In this document: one piece after another, positions 10,618-26,499 of the stretch | How positions within the stretch are numbered: the stretch's first letter is position 1 | Layout: each line of letters begins with the position of its first letter | Sequence record: PZ452609.1 | Reading direction: 5' to 3' (one strand) | DNA from: a phage | DNA length: 64,000 bases | Program-made: the position numbers and the translations under genes | Notes under the pieces: generated by a model | Databases searched by the model: none | Told to the model about the DNA's origin: nothing | The model's input: the letters and a program-made list of their open reading frames with translations, nothing else

Positions 10618-11016
10618 ATGAAAACAGAATCTAGAGTAATTAATGGTAAGAAAGTAAATATCGTTCTGCTTGGGGCGAGAGATGGTATTAAGATGTCTAT
10701 GAAGTTGGGTAAAATTGTTGTTCCAACCTTTGCACAGATGCTGTCAAGTCTGACTGATAAAGACAAGAAAGAAGCTCCAATGGTTCCATTTAAAGAACTT
10801 GTTGAAGCTTGTTTTGACAGAATTGAAGAAATTAACCTTGAAGAAATGGCTACATTACTATTTCAAGGGGCAACTGTCGATGACTTCCCACTTAATATTG
10901 ATACGTACTTCCAAGCAAACTACGGTGAGTTTATTGATTACTTAGCATTTGCGCTGGAGGCAAACTTCGGAAGTTTTTTCGAAGCAAGCATTTTCAAAAG
11001 CCTAACTTCTCAGTAA
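10618..11016 (+). CDS. tail assembly chaperone (G-like)
   Basis: 132 aa ORF between tube and tape measure; contains slippery heptamer T_TTT_TTC near its 3' end. Confidence 0.5.
   Translation: MKTESRVINGKKVNIVLLGARDGIKMSMKLGKIVVPTFAQMLSSLTDKDKKEAPMVPFKELVEACFDRIEEINLEEMATLLFQGATVDDFPLNIDTYFQANYGEFIDYLAFALEANFGSFFEASIFKSLTSQ
10974..10980 (+). other. putative programmed -1 ribosomal frameshift site (T TTT TTC)
   Basis: XXXYYYZ heptamer in frame with 10618 ORF; -1 frame runs stop-free into the 11019..11258 ORF. Confidence 0.5.
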
Positions 11017-11018
11017 AC

Positions 11019-11257
11019 ATGGGTAACACTCTACAGACACCACTAACTGATGCTGCTGTAGAGGCAACCTATGAAGAAGCAGACGAGATGAAATTTGTGC
11101 TTGCTATTTATGGTATGGAAGGGTGTAAAGAAACACTTGACCAACTCTTTGCTATGACATTCTCTGATTTATTATCATTGAGACAATTTCTTGAGATTCA
11201 GAGGTCGTATAAAGAGGAAATTGCTTACAACGAACTTAGAAGAGCAGGAAAAATGTA

Positions 11258-11258
<1 letters not shown>
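11019..11258 (+). CDS. tail assembly chaperone frameshift extension (GT-like) or independent small ORF
   Basis: 79 aa ORF in -1 frame relative to upstream chaperone, no intervening stop from slippery site. Confidence 0.45.
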
Positions 11259-16642
<5,384 letters not shown>

Positions 16643-16643
<1 letters not shown>

Positions 16644-18112
16644 TGGCAGGATTAACTACAACAGGATTACAAACTCTAAGATATCAGGAAATTTTTGATA
16701 ATATCAAATCAAGACTTCTTAGAGATATTTCACCAAACCTTGACGTCTCTGAAGATAGCCAATTAGGTCTCTTCCTAGCTTCAATTGCAAGGTCTTTAGC
16801 AGATACACACGAGATTCTATCAGAAATCTATGACGGCGGGACAATTGACAAGGCTGAAGGATTTAACCTTGATGATATTACAGCTTTGAATGCTGTATAC
16901 AGATATGTTGCTCAGGCAACAAGGGGTCAGGTTGAGTTCACTGGAACAACTGGTGCTACCATCTCTTCAACAACAAGATTGAGAAGTACTGCTGGAAATA
17001 TCTTTTATCCAGTTAACAATATTACCCTTACCCCATCATATTGTGTTGAAGCTGTTCTTGAAGTTAACTCTTTACGAACTGATGCAGATTATGTTATTAT
17101 TATTGATAACGTTATTTTCTCATATAAACCAACCTCATCAGACACAATTACCACACTCCTAACTAAATTAGCAGAGGCTATTAATGGTGGTATTGTAGCA
17201 AAAGCAGAAGTTATCAATGATGGAGCCGCATTAAGAGTCTATAAAGATGAGGGTGATATCATTGCAAGAACAAATCCTATGGTTGTCACTGCGACAACGT
17301 TTCTGACCTTTACAAAGATTACAACTATCTCAGATGTAGTAGCTGAAGAGGTTGGTGCTATTCCTGCTTTAGCTGGAACTCTTATTGAGATTGAGACAAC
17401 TGTTGATGGTCTTGACAGCATCTATAACAGGTATGACTTAACGACTGGTAGAAACGAAGAAACTGACACAGAACTTAGACAGAGATATTTAGAATCCTTA
17501 GCAGTTACTGGTGTAGGGACTTTGGATGCAATTGTAGCTGCTGTTAAAAGAGTTCAAGGTGTCTCAGATGCTTCAGGTGTTGAAAATGATACTGAAGAGA
17601 CAAACTCAGAAGGTCTTCCACCAAAATCTTTTAAGATTGTTGTAGTTGGTGGTCAAAATGATAATGTTGCTCAAGCAATCTGGGATACAAAACCTGCTGG
17701 TATCAGGGCTTATGGCTCAATTTTTGGTACAGCCTATGATTTAGGTGGTCTGGCACATAATATCTATTTTAGCAGACCAACACCAAAATACGCATTTGTT
17801 AAGGTGTCTTACTCATTATATGACGAAGAAAGTTTGACAATCCCTGAAGAAGATATCAGAGATAGTATTGTGCAAGGTATTAACGCCTACGGAAGAACTC
17901 TTAAGGTTGGTAATGATGTTATCCCTAACAGAATTTATGGGTACATCTATGACGTAATCAAAGGTATTGAGATTAATGAGGTGAAAGTAGCATTATCAAA
18001 CAGCCAATCAGTTCCACCTAGTGACGGACAATATACTACAGCAAGAATTACTGTTGACGGTGACCAATATACTGTTTGGGAAAGTAGCCAGTATGCCATC
18101 ACTAAGGAGTAA
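16643..18112 (+). CDS. baseplate wedge protein (gpJ-like, putative)
   Basis: 489 aa, position. Confidence 0.45.
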
Positions 18113-18114
18113 TA

Positions 18115-18698
18115 ATGTTTGAAAAGATTGATAGTGTTTATTATAAAACACTTGATGAAAGGACTGTAACACAGTTTAAAGATAAATTTATCTATACAAG
18201 TATCTTGAAAGCAATCACTGATGAGCTACAAACACTAGAGGATGTTTGCTGGCAGATGCACACAGAGAGAAATATCAGGACGTCAGTAGGTCAACAACTT
18301 GATAATATTGGCTCACTGATTAAAGTTCCTAGACCTTTAGGTGCTGATGATGAAACATACAGAGCTATGCTTTATATCCAAATCTTCCTAAGACGTTCTG
18401 ATACTACTCCAACATTCTTGCAAAAAGCAATTATGACATTGTATGGTGCAACTTTCTCTCAGATTTTTGAGCATATTACTCCTAAGACTGGTGGTATCGT
18501 TATCCGTATTAATACTAGAAAAAGCGTTCTTGATGCTGCATATACACTGTCAAAGATTTCTGCAACAACCACTGGTTCCGCTGTTATCTTAAGAGATGTT
18601 ACTTTAAATGGGACTGCTTGGACACCTGTAGAGGTTGCTGATTCATCACTTGCTATTGTTGATGATAAAGAGAACTGGTTTGTAACTGATGCTAACAG
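18115..18698 (+). CDS. baseplate/tail fibre-attachment protein, 3' end undetermined (runs into N gap)
   Basis: ORF open from 18115 into the N run; reading frame beyond the gap cannot be trusted. Confidence 0.4.
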
Positions 18699-18798
18699 NN
18701 NNNNNNNNNNNNNNNNNNNNNNNNNNNNNNNNNNNNNNNNNNNNNNNNNNNNNNNNNNNNNNNNNNNNNNNNNNNNNNNNNNNNNNNNNNNNNNNNNN
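18699..18798. other. 100-nt run of N (assembly gap or masked sequence)
   Basis: exactly 100 n characters. Confidence 0.95.
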
Positions 18799-18848
18799 CA
18801 AATTGTCAAAGGCAGAAAAGATAAATCACAACAAGAAGGAAATTCTTA

Positions 18849-19151
18849 ATGGCAGTTCTAAATTGGTCTACAAACGAAGTAGATACTGATGGTAATCAGT
18901 TAAAAGTTTTACCACCACCGGAAGTTCAAGAGACAGGTCTTTTAAAGGGTGAGCCTATGGGTAGACAGTGGTTCAACTATATTATCAACTACCTGCTGAA
19001 TAAAGTAAATGGCACTGTTGGTGAAGTTCGTTCATATGCAACTGAGCAACCAGATTTAGTGGCTAATGGCTGGAATCTCATTAAGTCTGAGACAGGGACT
19101 GCATCAACAAGTACAAGAAACCTTTACACATATGAATATGTAGGAGCTTAA
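18849..19151 (+). CDS. hypothetical tail protein
   Basis: 100 aa ORF between baseplate block and tail fibre. Confidence 0.3.
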   Translation: MAVLNWSTNEVDTDGNQLKVLPPPEVQETGLLKGEPMGRQWFNYIINYLLNKVNGTVGEVRSYATEQPDLVANGWNLIKSETGTASTSTRNLYTYEYVGA

Positions 19152-19153
19152 TA

Positions 19154-20329
19154 ATGGCAGTAGGTGAAATTCAAATTAGTGCCTTGCCACAAGCGGCCTT
19201 ACCAGTTGATTTGAGTGATATCTTCCACCTTAAGCAAGGTGTTGAGGATAAAAGATGTACGCTTGAGCAGTTGTTAGCACCTCACGCATCTTTGAGGAAT
19301 AACCCTCATGGTGTAACTAAATCACAAGTAGGTCTTGATAATGTTATTAACTCTCTTCAATTAGTTGCAGCTAATAACTTGTCAGATATTGTAAGTGTTG
19401 CTGAGGCAAGAGCAAATCTACAAATTATGTCGTCAGAGGAAGTGAATAACTTAATTCAGCAACATATTGACGACAAAAGTAACCCACACAATACAACGAA
19501 AGCACAGGTTGGTTTAAGTAATGTTCAGAACTGGACAACATCTAATCTGTACAATGAAGATGCTGATAAGTATGCTACCGCGAAAGCAGTTAATAATTTA
19601 TACAAAGCTATCCAAGCGTCATATCCAGTAGGGACTATTCATCTATCTGTTAACTCTGCTAACCCATCCACTTACTTGCTTTGTGGAGGTACTTGGGAGT
19701 TAGTTTCTAAAGGTAGAGCACTAGTTGGTTATGATACAGATTCTAGACCTGTTGGTTCAACGTTTGGTTCTCAGACTGTAGCATTAACAAATAATAATTT
19801 ACCAGCACATACTCACTCTATCTATCTAACAGGTGGTGGTCATACACACTCTGCAAGTGTATCTATCTCTAGTTTTGATTATGGTTCAAAAAGTACATCA
19901 ACTTTTGATTACGGTACAAAAACGACTAATAGTGCTGGTGCTCACACTCACACGTTTAGTGGCACAACAAGTAATGCTGGTAACCACAACCATAGAGTCC
20001 CTATGAGGGGTAATGATAGGGGTGGCACAAACGCTATTACTGCATCTGCTGATGCTGGTGTTGGTAATGCTATGTATACTGATTTAGCTGGTGCTCACAC
20101 TCATAGCTTCTCAGGTACAACTGCATCATCTGGTGCTCATAGCCATACTGTCGCAATTGGTGCTCACAGCCACACTGTTAATATTGGTTCGCACAGTCAT
20201 ACAGGCACTGTTACTGTTTCTAGCTCTGAGCATACACACTCAGGGACATCTGGTTCTGTTGGTGGTGGTCAAGCTTTCAGTGTTGAGCAGCCATCTTTTG
20301 TAGTATATGTGTGGCAGAGAACAGCTTAA
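19154..20329 (+). CDS. tail fibre protein with tail-fibre repeats and His-box (HxH) C-terminal tip
   Basis: two NPHxxTKxQVGLxNVxN repeats; C-terminal GAHTHTFSG / GAHSHTV HxH repeats as in T-even distal fibre tips. Confidence 0.7.
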   Translation: MAVGEIQISALPQAALPVDLSDIFHLKQGVEDKRCTLEQLLAPHASLRNNPHGVTKSQVGLDNVINSLQLVAANNLSDIVSVAEARANLQIMSSEEVNNLIQQHIDDKSNPHNTTKAQVGLSNVQNWTTSNLYNEDADKYATAKAVNNLYKAIQASYPVGTIHLSVNSANPSTYLLCGGTWELVSKGRALVGYDTDSRPVGSTFGSQTVALTNNNLPAHTHSIYLTGGGHTHSASVSISSFDYGSKSTSTFDYGTKTTNSAGAHTHTFSGTTSNAGNHNHRVPMRGNDRGGTNAITASADAGVGNAMYTDLAGAHTHSFSGTTASSGAHSHTVAIGAHSHTVNIGSHSHTGTVTVSSSEHTHSGTSGSVGGGQAFSVEQPSFVVYVWQRTA

Positions 20330-20338
20330 TTTCTTTAC

Positions 20339-20361
20339 AGGGGCTTTATAGCCCCTTTTAA
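20339..20361 (+). terminator. stem-loop ggggct-ttat-agcccc followed by TTTT
   Basis: hairpin plus T-run between the two fibre genes; member of a recurring GGGGCTT..AAGCCCC element family. Confidence 0.5.
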
Positions 20362-20375
20362 GAGGAAAACTTATA

Positions 20376-22922
20376 ATGGCAGATTACAAATTGAGTCAAT
20401 TAAACTCAATCGACACAATTCGTTCAGAAGACCTATTGCACATCAGAGTTAAGAAAAGACCTGAAATGTTGGGTGACGAAGACCGTAGAATGACCTATCA
20501 AGACTTCTTAGCTTCCTTCAAACTAGAAAGGTTTGTTCAGATTGCTGGGAGTAATATGACTGGGGATTTAGGTATTGTCAAGTTACTTTACGGTGGTAAG
20601 GCAGTGTTTGACCCAACAGGTTCTTCTGAGATTACTATTGGGGATGTTTTAAAGACTTTTAAACTTAACGCAAGTGGTCTTAAACTAACTATTGCAGATG
20701 CTTCAAGGTCAGCAACTGTTTATCATACTCTGAATAAGCCAAGTCCTAATGAGCTTGGTATGAGAACTAATGAAGAGAATGACGCAAGATATGCAAGACT
20801 TGCTATCACAAACACATTCTCTGGGACTCAGAACATTCAAGGTGATGCTAACTTACTTCGCCTTAGAAACCAAAATGCAAATAATGCACAATATATTGAA
20901 GGTGTAAACCTAGATGGTTCGGCTAGATGGTGGGTTGGTATTGGTAGTAATGGCTCTGACGAAGTAAAGCTGTACAATAGCAAATACAACTCAGTCTTGA
21001 CTGTTGCAAGTAATATCTCTGTTAATAAGTCTTTAGCAATCACTGGTCAAGTTCAGCCTTCTGATTTCTCTAACTTAGATGCTAGATACTTTACTCAGAC
21101 GGCAGCTAATCAGAGATTTGCACAGTTAGCTGGCAATAATACTTTTACAGGTGCTAACACTTTCACTAACCTTGTTGCTAAGAAGAATGCTAATGCCATT
21201 ACTTTGCAGAATACTGATGCAAATACAGCACTTTACATTCTCGGTAAGAAGTCTGATGGAACAAATAAATGGTATGTTGGTACAGATTCTGACGAGACAC
21301 GTCTAAACATTTATAACTACCTTACAGGTTCACAGGTTTCACTAGGTACTACTATTGGTATCAATAAAACTGTGCAAATCACTGGACAAGTCCAACCTTC
21401 AGATTGGGCTAACATTGACTCTAGATATATTCCGGTAGCAACATTAAGTACGATTGCAAGAACTAATGCAAGGAATACTTTTAATGGTGTACAGACAGTT
21501 GTTACGGATAATGAAGGTCTGATTGTTAAAAACTCTACTCAGAATAGACCATTATATATTCGTGGTGTGGACACTACTAATGTATCAAGATGGTGGATTG
21601 GTGTTGGTGGTGCTGACACGAATGATGTTACCCTAAATAACAGTTATTCTGGAACCCAATTGGTTCTCGGGAATACAACATCATACATTAACAAAACATT
21701 GACTATTGCTGGACAAGTTCAACCTTCAGATTTCTCTAACTTAGATGCTAGATACTTTACGCAAAGTGCTAGTGATAGTAGATACCTAAGAATCAGAAGC
21801 ACTAGCTTCAATGTGGGAAACACTGATAAGTGGGCTAAAATTGCCACTGTTGTGATGCCACAATCAGCATCCACTGCTGTTATTGAGGTATTTGGTGGGT
21901 CAGGTTTTAATATTAATACACCAAACCAAGCAGGTAAATGTGAAATTGTTCTGCGAACTTCAAATAACAATCCAAAGGGCTTAAATGTTGTTGCTTGGAG
22001 AACATCAGAGAACACCATTGTCAGGGATATTGGTTATGTGAATACTTCTGGAGACACCTATGATATTTACTATCTTGCTGGTACGTATCAAAACAGCACA
22101 ACGACAAGGGTTCAGTCTTCTAGTAATGCAAGTGTACAGTTGTTTGAAGTCCCACAGACATTTGATGATGCTCCACAAGGTATTGTGAAGGGTACAATTG
22201 CAAAATACTACACAAGTTTGCAAAAACCAACCCCTTCAGATATTGGTGCATACACTAAAGCAGAGACTGACCAGAAGATTGCAGAAGCAATTAGTGACTC
22301 TACAGACCTGAATAAAATCTATCCAGTAGGTATTGTGACGTGGTTTAACAGTAATGTCAACCCAAACACAGCACTTCCTGGGTTAACTTGGACGTACCTG
22401 AATAATGGTGTTGGTAGAACTATTAGAATTGCAGCAGCAAACGGTTCAGATGTTGCTACAACTGGTGGTTCAGACTCTGTAACGTTGTCTGTTGGTAACT
22501 TACCTTCACACACGCACAGCTTCTCTGCTACTACTTCATCATTTGACTATGGTACTAAGACTTCTAGCACAACTGGTAACCACAACCACAACAGAGGTAC
22601 TATGGAGATTACTGGTTCATTTGGTTACTTCAGAAGTGACGCTAGTAGCTTCTACACAGCAAGTGGTGCATTCTACCTCGGTAGTCAGGCAGGTTCTAAA
22701 GGGTATACTGGTAACAACTTTACTAATGGTATCCCTGTCAACTTCAACGCATCAAGAAACTGGTCTGGTGTAACGAATACAACAGGTAACCACAGCCACA
22801 CTGTTGATATTGGTGCTCACAGCCACACAGTTAGCGGTAACACAGGTGGTACTGGTTCTGGTTCTGCATTTAGTGTTACTAACCAGTTCTATAAGTTAAT
22901 GGCTTGGGTAAGAACTGCTTAA
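20376..22922 (+). CDS. long tail fibre protein (receptor-binding), internal repeats and His-box tip
   Basis: 848 aa; repeated ITGQVQPSDFSNLDARYFTQ segments; C-terminal LPSHTHSFS / GAHSHTV motifs and SAFSV tail shared with the upstream fibre. Confidence 0.75.
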   Translation: MADYKLSQLNSIDTIRSEDLLHIRVKKRPEMLGDEDRRMTYQDFLASFKLERFVQIAGSNMTGDLGIVKLLYGGKAVFDPTGSSEITIGDVLKTFKLNASGLKLTIADASRSATVYHTLNKPSPNELGMRTNEENDARYARLAITNTFSGTQNIQGDANLLRLRNQNANNAQYIEGVNLDGSARWWVGIGSNGSDEVKLYNSKYNSVLTVASNISVNKSLAITGQVQPSDFSNLDARYFTQTAANQRFAQLAGNNTFTGANTFTNLVAKKNANAITLQNTDANTALYILGKKSDGTNKWYVGTDSDETRLNIYNYLTGSQVSLGTTIGINKTVQITGQVQPSDWANIDSRYIPVATLSTIARTNARNTFNGVQTVVTDNEGLIVKNSTQNRPLYIRGVDTTNVSRWWIGVGGADTNDVTLNNSYSGTQLVLGNTTSYINKTLTIAGQVQPSDFSNLDARYFTQSASDSRYLRIRSTSFNVGNTDKWAKIATVVMPQSASTAVIEVFGGSGFNINTPNQAGKCEIVLRTSNNNPKGLNVVAWRTSENTIVRDIGYVNTSGDTYDIYYLAGTYQNSTTTRVQSSSNASVQLFEVPQTFDDAPQGIVKGTIAKYYTSLQKPTPSDIGAYTKAETDQKIAEAISDSTDLNKIYPVGIVTWFNSNVNPNTALPGLTWTYLNNGVGRTIRIAAANGSDVATTGGSDSVTLSVGNLPSHTHSFSATTSSFDYGTKTSSTTGNHNHNRGTMEITGSFGYFRSDASSFYTASGAFYLGSQAGSKGYTGNNFTNGIPVNFNASRNWSGVTNTTGNHSHTVDIGAHSHTVSGNTGGTGSGSAFSVTNQFYKLMAWVRTA

Positions 22923-22929
22923 TCCCTTG

Positions 22930-22958
22930 TTGACTGATTGTTAAGATGGTGTTAATAT
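22930..22958 (+). promoter_or_regulatory. sigma70-like promoter TTGACT-N17-TAATAT flanked by 9-bp inverted repeat
   Basis: -35 ttgact 22930-35, -10 taatat 22953-58; inverted repeat aagatggtg / caccatctt (22943-51, 22975-83) brackets the -10. Confidence 0.45.
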
Positions 22959-23001
22959 TCTTTATGGGTATTCTCACCATCTTGGCTGATGAGGTGATTA
23001 A

Positions 23002-23196
23002 ATGCCTACAATCCTAGCAATTCTTCTAAAAAATCTAGGTAGCTTCTTCTGGAAACTCATTTTATCCCTTCTAAGTGAATACATGATTGAGAAAGTGTTC
23101 TTTAAGCTTGCAAGATACCTTGCGAGTAAAACAGATACACCTATTGATGATGAGTTCGTAGATAACTTAGAAAAAGCTTTTAAGGGGGAGAAATAA
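23002..23196 (+). CDS. small hydrophobic/amphipathic protein (possible holin-like or membrane protein)
   Basis: 64 aa, hydrophobic N-terminal half, RBS gaggtga. Confidence 0.35.
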   Translation: MPTILAILLKNLGSFFWKLILSLLSEYMIEKVFFKLARYLASKTDTPIDDEFVDNLEKAFKGEK

Positions 23197-23568
23197 ATGA
23201 AGTGGCTAGAGGAAGCTTTTAAAAATAATATTGGTGCAATTGTAGTTGGTATTTTTAGTGTTATTGGGATGTATACCACTATGCAAGTCTCAAGTGGTAA
23301 GCAGGAAGTGTCTGTCACAACAAAGTTACAGCAGCTAGATAATTATTCCAAAAGTAACTATTCAGCTATTCGTGATTTACAGTCTGACATGAGATTGATT
23401 CAGCTAGGGATGGAGAACCAGAAAGTTCAGTTAGAGAATGTTAAGGGTGAAAACGCAAAACTTACCAAAACCCTTGATAAATTCTCTGACAGTGTGAACA
23501 ATCTGGCTCAATCAGTATCAGCCTTGCAAGCTATTACTGAAAAGAACACAAAGAATACTGAAAAATAA
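23197..23568 (+). CDS. membrane-anchored coiled-coil protein
   Basis: single predicted TM (IGAIVVGIFSVIGMYTTMQV) followed by coiled coil; 123 aa. Confidence 0.4.
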   Translation: MKWLEEAFKNNIGAIVVGIFSVIGMYTTMQVSSGKQEVSVTTKLQQLDNYSKSNYSAIRDLQSDMRLIQLGMENQKVQLENVKGENAKLTKTLDKFSDSVNNLAQSVSALQAITEKNTKNTEK

Positions 23569-23573
23569 AATTT

Positions 23574-23603
23574 AAGGCTCCCGTAAAAAGGAGCCTTTTT
23601 TGT
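23574..23603. terminator. convergent-operon terminator (aggctcc-cgtaaaaa-ggagcct + T-run)
   Basis: perfect 7-bp stem, T-run on + strand; lies between convergent + and - gene blocks. Confidence 0.6.
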
Positions 23604-23605
23604 TT

Positions 23606-24505
23606 TTACTTACCTACTGACAGAGGTGCTTCAATCTTCCCTGCATGTTGGTAGTTGTTAATACCACCAATAAAATCACTTGCAGTAAGATGTTTCAGGT
23701 CACTCAGGGTGTTAAGCTGTACACCAATCTCAAAAGTAGGTGCATGGAACTCTTCATTGTTCATCAGTTCATAAACCTGTTTCATATGGTTCTGATAAAT
23801 CTGAGTATCTCCAAAGACACCTATCAAGTACCGTGGAGTGTATCCAGTCATCTTACAAAGAACTTCTAAGATGAAACCATAAGACGCAATATTAAACGGA
23901 AGTCCTAAAAAGGTGTCTACTGAACGTTGATACCACTGTAAGTCAACTTCACCCTCATTAGTGATATAAATCTGAAACAGAACATGACAAGGTGCTAAAG
24001 CCATTGAGTTTGCTGCAATATCTGCTGCATTCCAAGCATTAACAAGCATGTAACGGTCTGTGATATCACCCTTCATCTTCGTTACTAAGGCCTCTAGCTG
24101 GTCTACAACACAACCATTATGACCTTCAAAGTTTCTCCACTGAACCCCATAGATTCTCCCACCTGCATCTTCTAACCAATCTTGTTCAGAAGAATAATTA
24201 GAACTTAACCAGCGTTTAAAATCATCTGACCAGATAGTCCAGCGTTCCCCATCATTTTCACCCCAAGTGCGATAACGGAGTTCACCAAGTTTATTCTCAC
24301 CGTTCAGGAACCATAGAGCTTCCCCAATAACTTGCCGTGTAAACACCTGTTTAGATGTTAAAAGCGGGAAACCAGTTCGCATATCAAAACGAAACTTAGG
24401 TGGAGCAAATGCAGAGATAACATCTCCAGTTCGTGTAGTACGCAGTTCACCGACTGATAAAACATGGTTCAGGATATTTTTATAACTTGAATCTGCTTGT
24501 GACAT
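23606..24505 (-). CDS. thyA: thymidylate synthase
   Basis: active-site region APCHVLFQIY ... RSVDTFLGLPFNIASYG matches ThyA signature. Confidence 0.9.
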   Translation of the reverse strand: MSQADSSYKNILNHVLSVGELRTTRTGDVISAFAPPKFRFDMRTGFPLLTSKQVFTRQVIGEALWFLNGENKLGELRYRTWGENDGERWTIWSDDFKRWLSSNYSSEQDWLEDAGGRIYGVQWRNFEGHNGCVVDQLEALVTKMKGDITDRYMLVNAWNAADIAANSMALAPCHVLFQIYITNEGEVDLQWYQRSVDTFLGLPFNIASYGFILEVLCKMTGYTPRYLIGVFGDTQIYQNHMKQVYELMNNEEFHAPTFEIGVQLNTLSDLKHLTASDFIGGINNYQHAGKIEAPLSVGK

Positions 24506-24506
24506 A

Positions 24507-25052
24507 TCAAAAGTGTCCTTTTACTTGTGGAACATAAATCTCAAAGGTTGCTTTACCATCATCTGAGGGTCTTGACTGCACCTTTGCAAACACACGGCTA
24601 TCATACAGTTTATCGAAGAAGTTTTCAAAAGGTAAATACACAGTGGCCTCTTCAGTAACTTTATGGAAAACTGTATGGAAAACTACACCAGCATACGGCA
24701 AAGCATCGACAAGAACACCTGCACCACCAATTACAAAGACATCTTCATCAATAGAGCTATCAAGATACTTCAAAAATGCTCCAAAGGATTCTTTACTAGC
24801 CTTAGCATACATTACATCATCTTTGTCAAAGTCTATACCCAAATATGGAACAGAGTTCGTTAAGACGAGGTTTGTACGTTCTGGTAATGGTTTACTACCC
24901 AGAGTCTTAAAAGTTTCATTACCCATGACTACCAAGTTGCCTTTAGTGAGTCTCTTAAACTCTTGCATATCCTGTTTATGTCGAGGCCACGGCATACCAG
25001 TTGGAGTACCGAACTCCCCATGTTCACCACTTGCAAAGATTAATTTAATCAT
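24507..25052 (-). CDS. frd: dihydrofolate reductase
   Basis: N-terminal IKLIFASGEHGEFG..GMPW and VMGNETFKTLG..PLPER motifs typical of DHFR; adjacent to thyA. Confidence 0.8.
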   Translation of the reverse strand: MIKLIFASGEHGEFGTPTGMPWPRHKQDMQEFKRLTKGNLVVMGNETFKTLGSKPLPERTNLVLTNSVPYLGIDFDKDDVMYAKASKESFGAFLKYLDSSIDEDVFVIGGAGVLVDALPYAGVVFHTVFHKVTEEATVYLPFENFFDKLYDSRVFAKVQSRPSDDGKATFEIYVPQVKGHF

Positions 25053-25309
25053 TTTGTAAATCCTTTCTTAATGAACCAGTTGATAACATTCTTCACAGCT
25101 TTATTGCTATGGTATATTAAGTGTGGTGTAGGTTGGTATGAACCATAAGCCCAGAAAGCAATGATTTCATTACACTCTGTACACCTTGTACTCTCTTCAG
25201 CGATATGACCGTTGACTATTTCACTTACCTCGCCTTGCAAGTCTGTACACCCACAATGTGGACATCGGATAGGTGTTCCATCAGACTCATAGCAGTGTTC
25301 AATTTTCAT
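25049..25309 (-). CDS. zinc-ribbon protein
   Basis: CPHCGC ... CTEC pairs of Cys; 86 aa. Confidence 0.4.
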   Translation of the reverse strand: MKIEHCYESDGTPIRCPHCGCTDLQGEVSEIVNGHIAEESTRCTECNEIIAFWAYGSYQPTPHLIYHSNKAVKNVINWFIKKGFTK

Positions 25310-25825
25310 CTATTTAACCTCAAAAACTGGTTCAAGAACCAATATAAAGTCTACACAGTCATCTTCTTCATCCAGAATACCATCAAAGTTCTTAGGAACG
25401 AAGTCGAAGAGGCTCATCACAAAACAGTCAGAAGTAACCTTTATAGTTCCTCCCATGTTCTCTACAGTTAACACTGTACGACTTTCTTTTACCTCCCTCA
25501 GAAGATTACTCACAAAGTCATCTAAGAAGTACTTCATCAGTGACTTGAAACCTTTAGGGTAATCTGTACCAGAGTATGTTTCAATCTGAGGGACAAGCTT
25601 AACATTTATGCTAGTCTTTGTTAAGAATGCACTAGAGAACATACTGTCAGGTAGTTTACAAACAATCTTTCCAGTACCTTCATGTTCAATCTCAACAAAA
25701 CCAGCTTCATCGCCACATGTAACTATTTTAAAAGATGCTTCATTCTCATACTGTGAAGCCATAAACTTTTTAAGCATTTCTTTAAGGAAATCTGCATGAG
25801 CATCTTGTAAGTAGATATCAATCAT
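25310..25825 (-). CDS. hypothetical protein
   Basis: 171 aa ORF in tightly packed - strand operon. Confidence 0.4.
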   Translation of the reverse strand: MIDIYLQDAHADFLKEMLKKFMASQYENEASFKIVTCGDEAGFVEIEHEGTGKIVCKLPDSMFSSAFLTKTSINVKLVPQIETYSGTDYPKGFKSLMKYFLDDFVSNLLREVKESRTVLTVENMGGTIKVTSDCFVMSLFDFVPKNFDGILDEEDDCVDFILVLEPVFEVK

Positions 25826-25838
25826 AGTTAATCACCTA

Positions 25839-26198
25839 TTAAGGGAACAAACACTTAATGTCATCGTTTTTGAAAACGAAACTTGTGTAGTTGTGACCGT
25901 CAACATCCAGCCAAACAGCCTGAACATCTACACCATCAAGATTTTGGTAAAGCTCTTTGATGAAGTGGTCTTTTACAATCTGACTGCTAGTTGTTTCCAG
26001 CTTAATGTTCGAGATTGCTGAACCTACAGCCATGTAGCCCATGACACGTTTCTTCTCAGTGTGCTTAATCTTACCATCTTTGTAAGCCATAATGAGATTG
26101 GAAAGAATTTTTACACCGTAGTACTTTTCAAGGTGAGTAGGTGCACCATAAAAGCCTAATGCGAAGTTTTCAGAGTGGATAATGTTTTCACGTTTCAT
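25839..26198 (-). CDS. hypothetical protein
   Basis: 119 aa ORF. Confidence 0.4.
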   Translation of the reverse strand: MKRENIIHSENFALGFYGAPTHLEKYYGVKILSNLIMAYKDGKIKHTEKKRVMGYMAVGSAISNIKLETTSSQIVKDHFIKELYQNLDGVDVQAVWLDVDGHNYTSFVFKNDDIKCLFP

Positions 26199-26199
26199 A

Positions 26200-26499
26200 T
26201 TAATCTGCCAACCTTAAATTGAAATTAACACCAAATTTTTCACACACTTCCAACATATACTCAAGAGAGACATTCCCAGTGAGGTGGATTATGTTGGATA
26301 CACGAGCTTGAGAGATACCACAAATTTTAGCGACTTGTTCTTGAGAAAGACCTCTGGATTTAATCTCTCTCTTAAAACGATGTGCAACGAAGTCTCTCAT
26401 TTCGTCTACATCCATTGGACAAATATAACTCTCCATTTCAGCCTCTCTATCAGCCTCCCAATCATCTTGTGGAGCATAAGGGTCAAAAACCTCATTCAT
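26200..26499 (-). CDS. XRE-like helix-turn-helix DNA-binding protein
   Basis: LSQEQVAKICGISQARVSNI HTH motif at C-terminus; start at 26499 gives minimal overlap with upstream gene. Confidence 0.5.
   Translation of the reverse strand: MNEVFDPYAPQDDWEADREAEMESYICPMDVDEMRDFVAHRFKREIKSRGLSQEQVAKICGISQARVSNIIHLTGNVSLEYMLEVCEKFGVNFNLRLAD

Noticed and set aside
18699-18798. N run as a biological feature
   Set aside because: An exact 100-nt block of N is an assembly or masking artefact, not sequence.
22998-23318. 106-aa - strand ORF from the ORF track
   Set aside because: Antisense to two + strand genes that have a promoter, RBSs and a terminator; no RBS of its own.
24643-25059. 138-aa + strand ORF overlapping the DHFR gene
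   Set aside because: Entirely antisense to a well-supported dihydrofolate reductase gene; typical shadow ORF.
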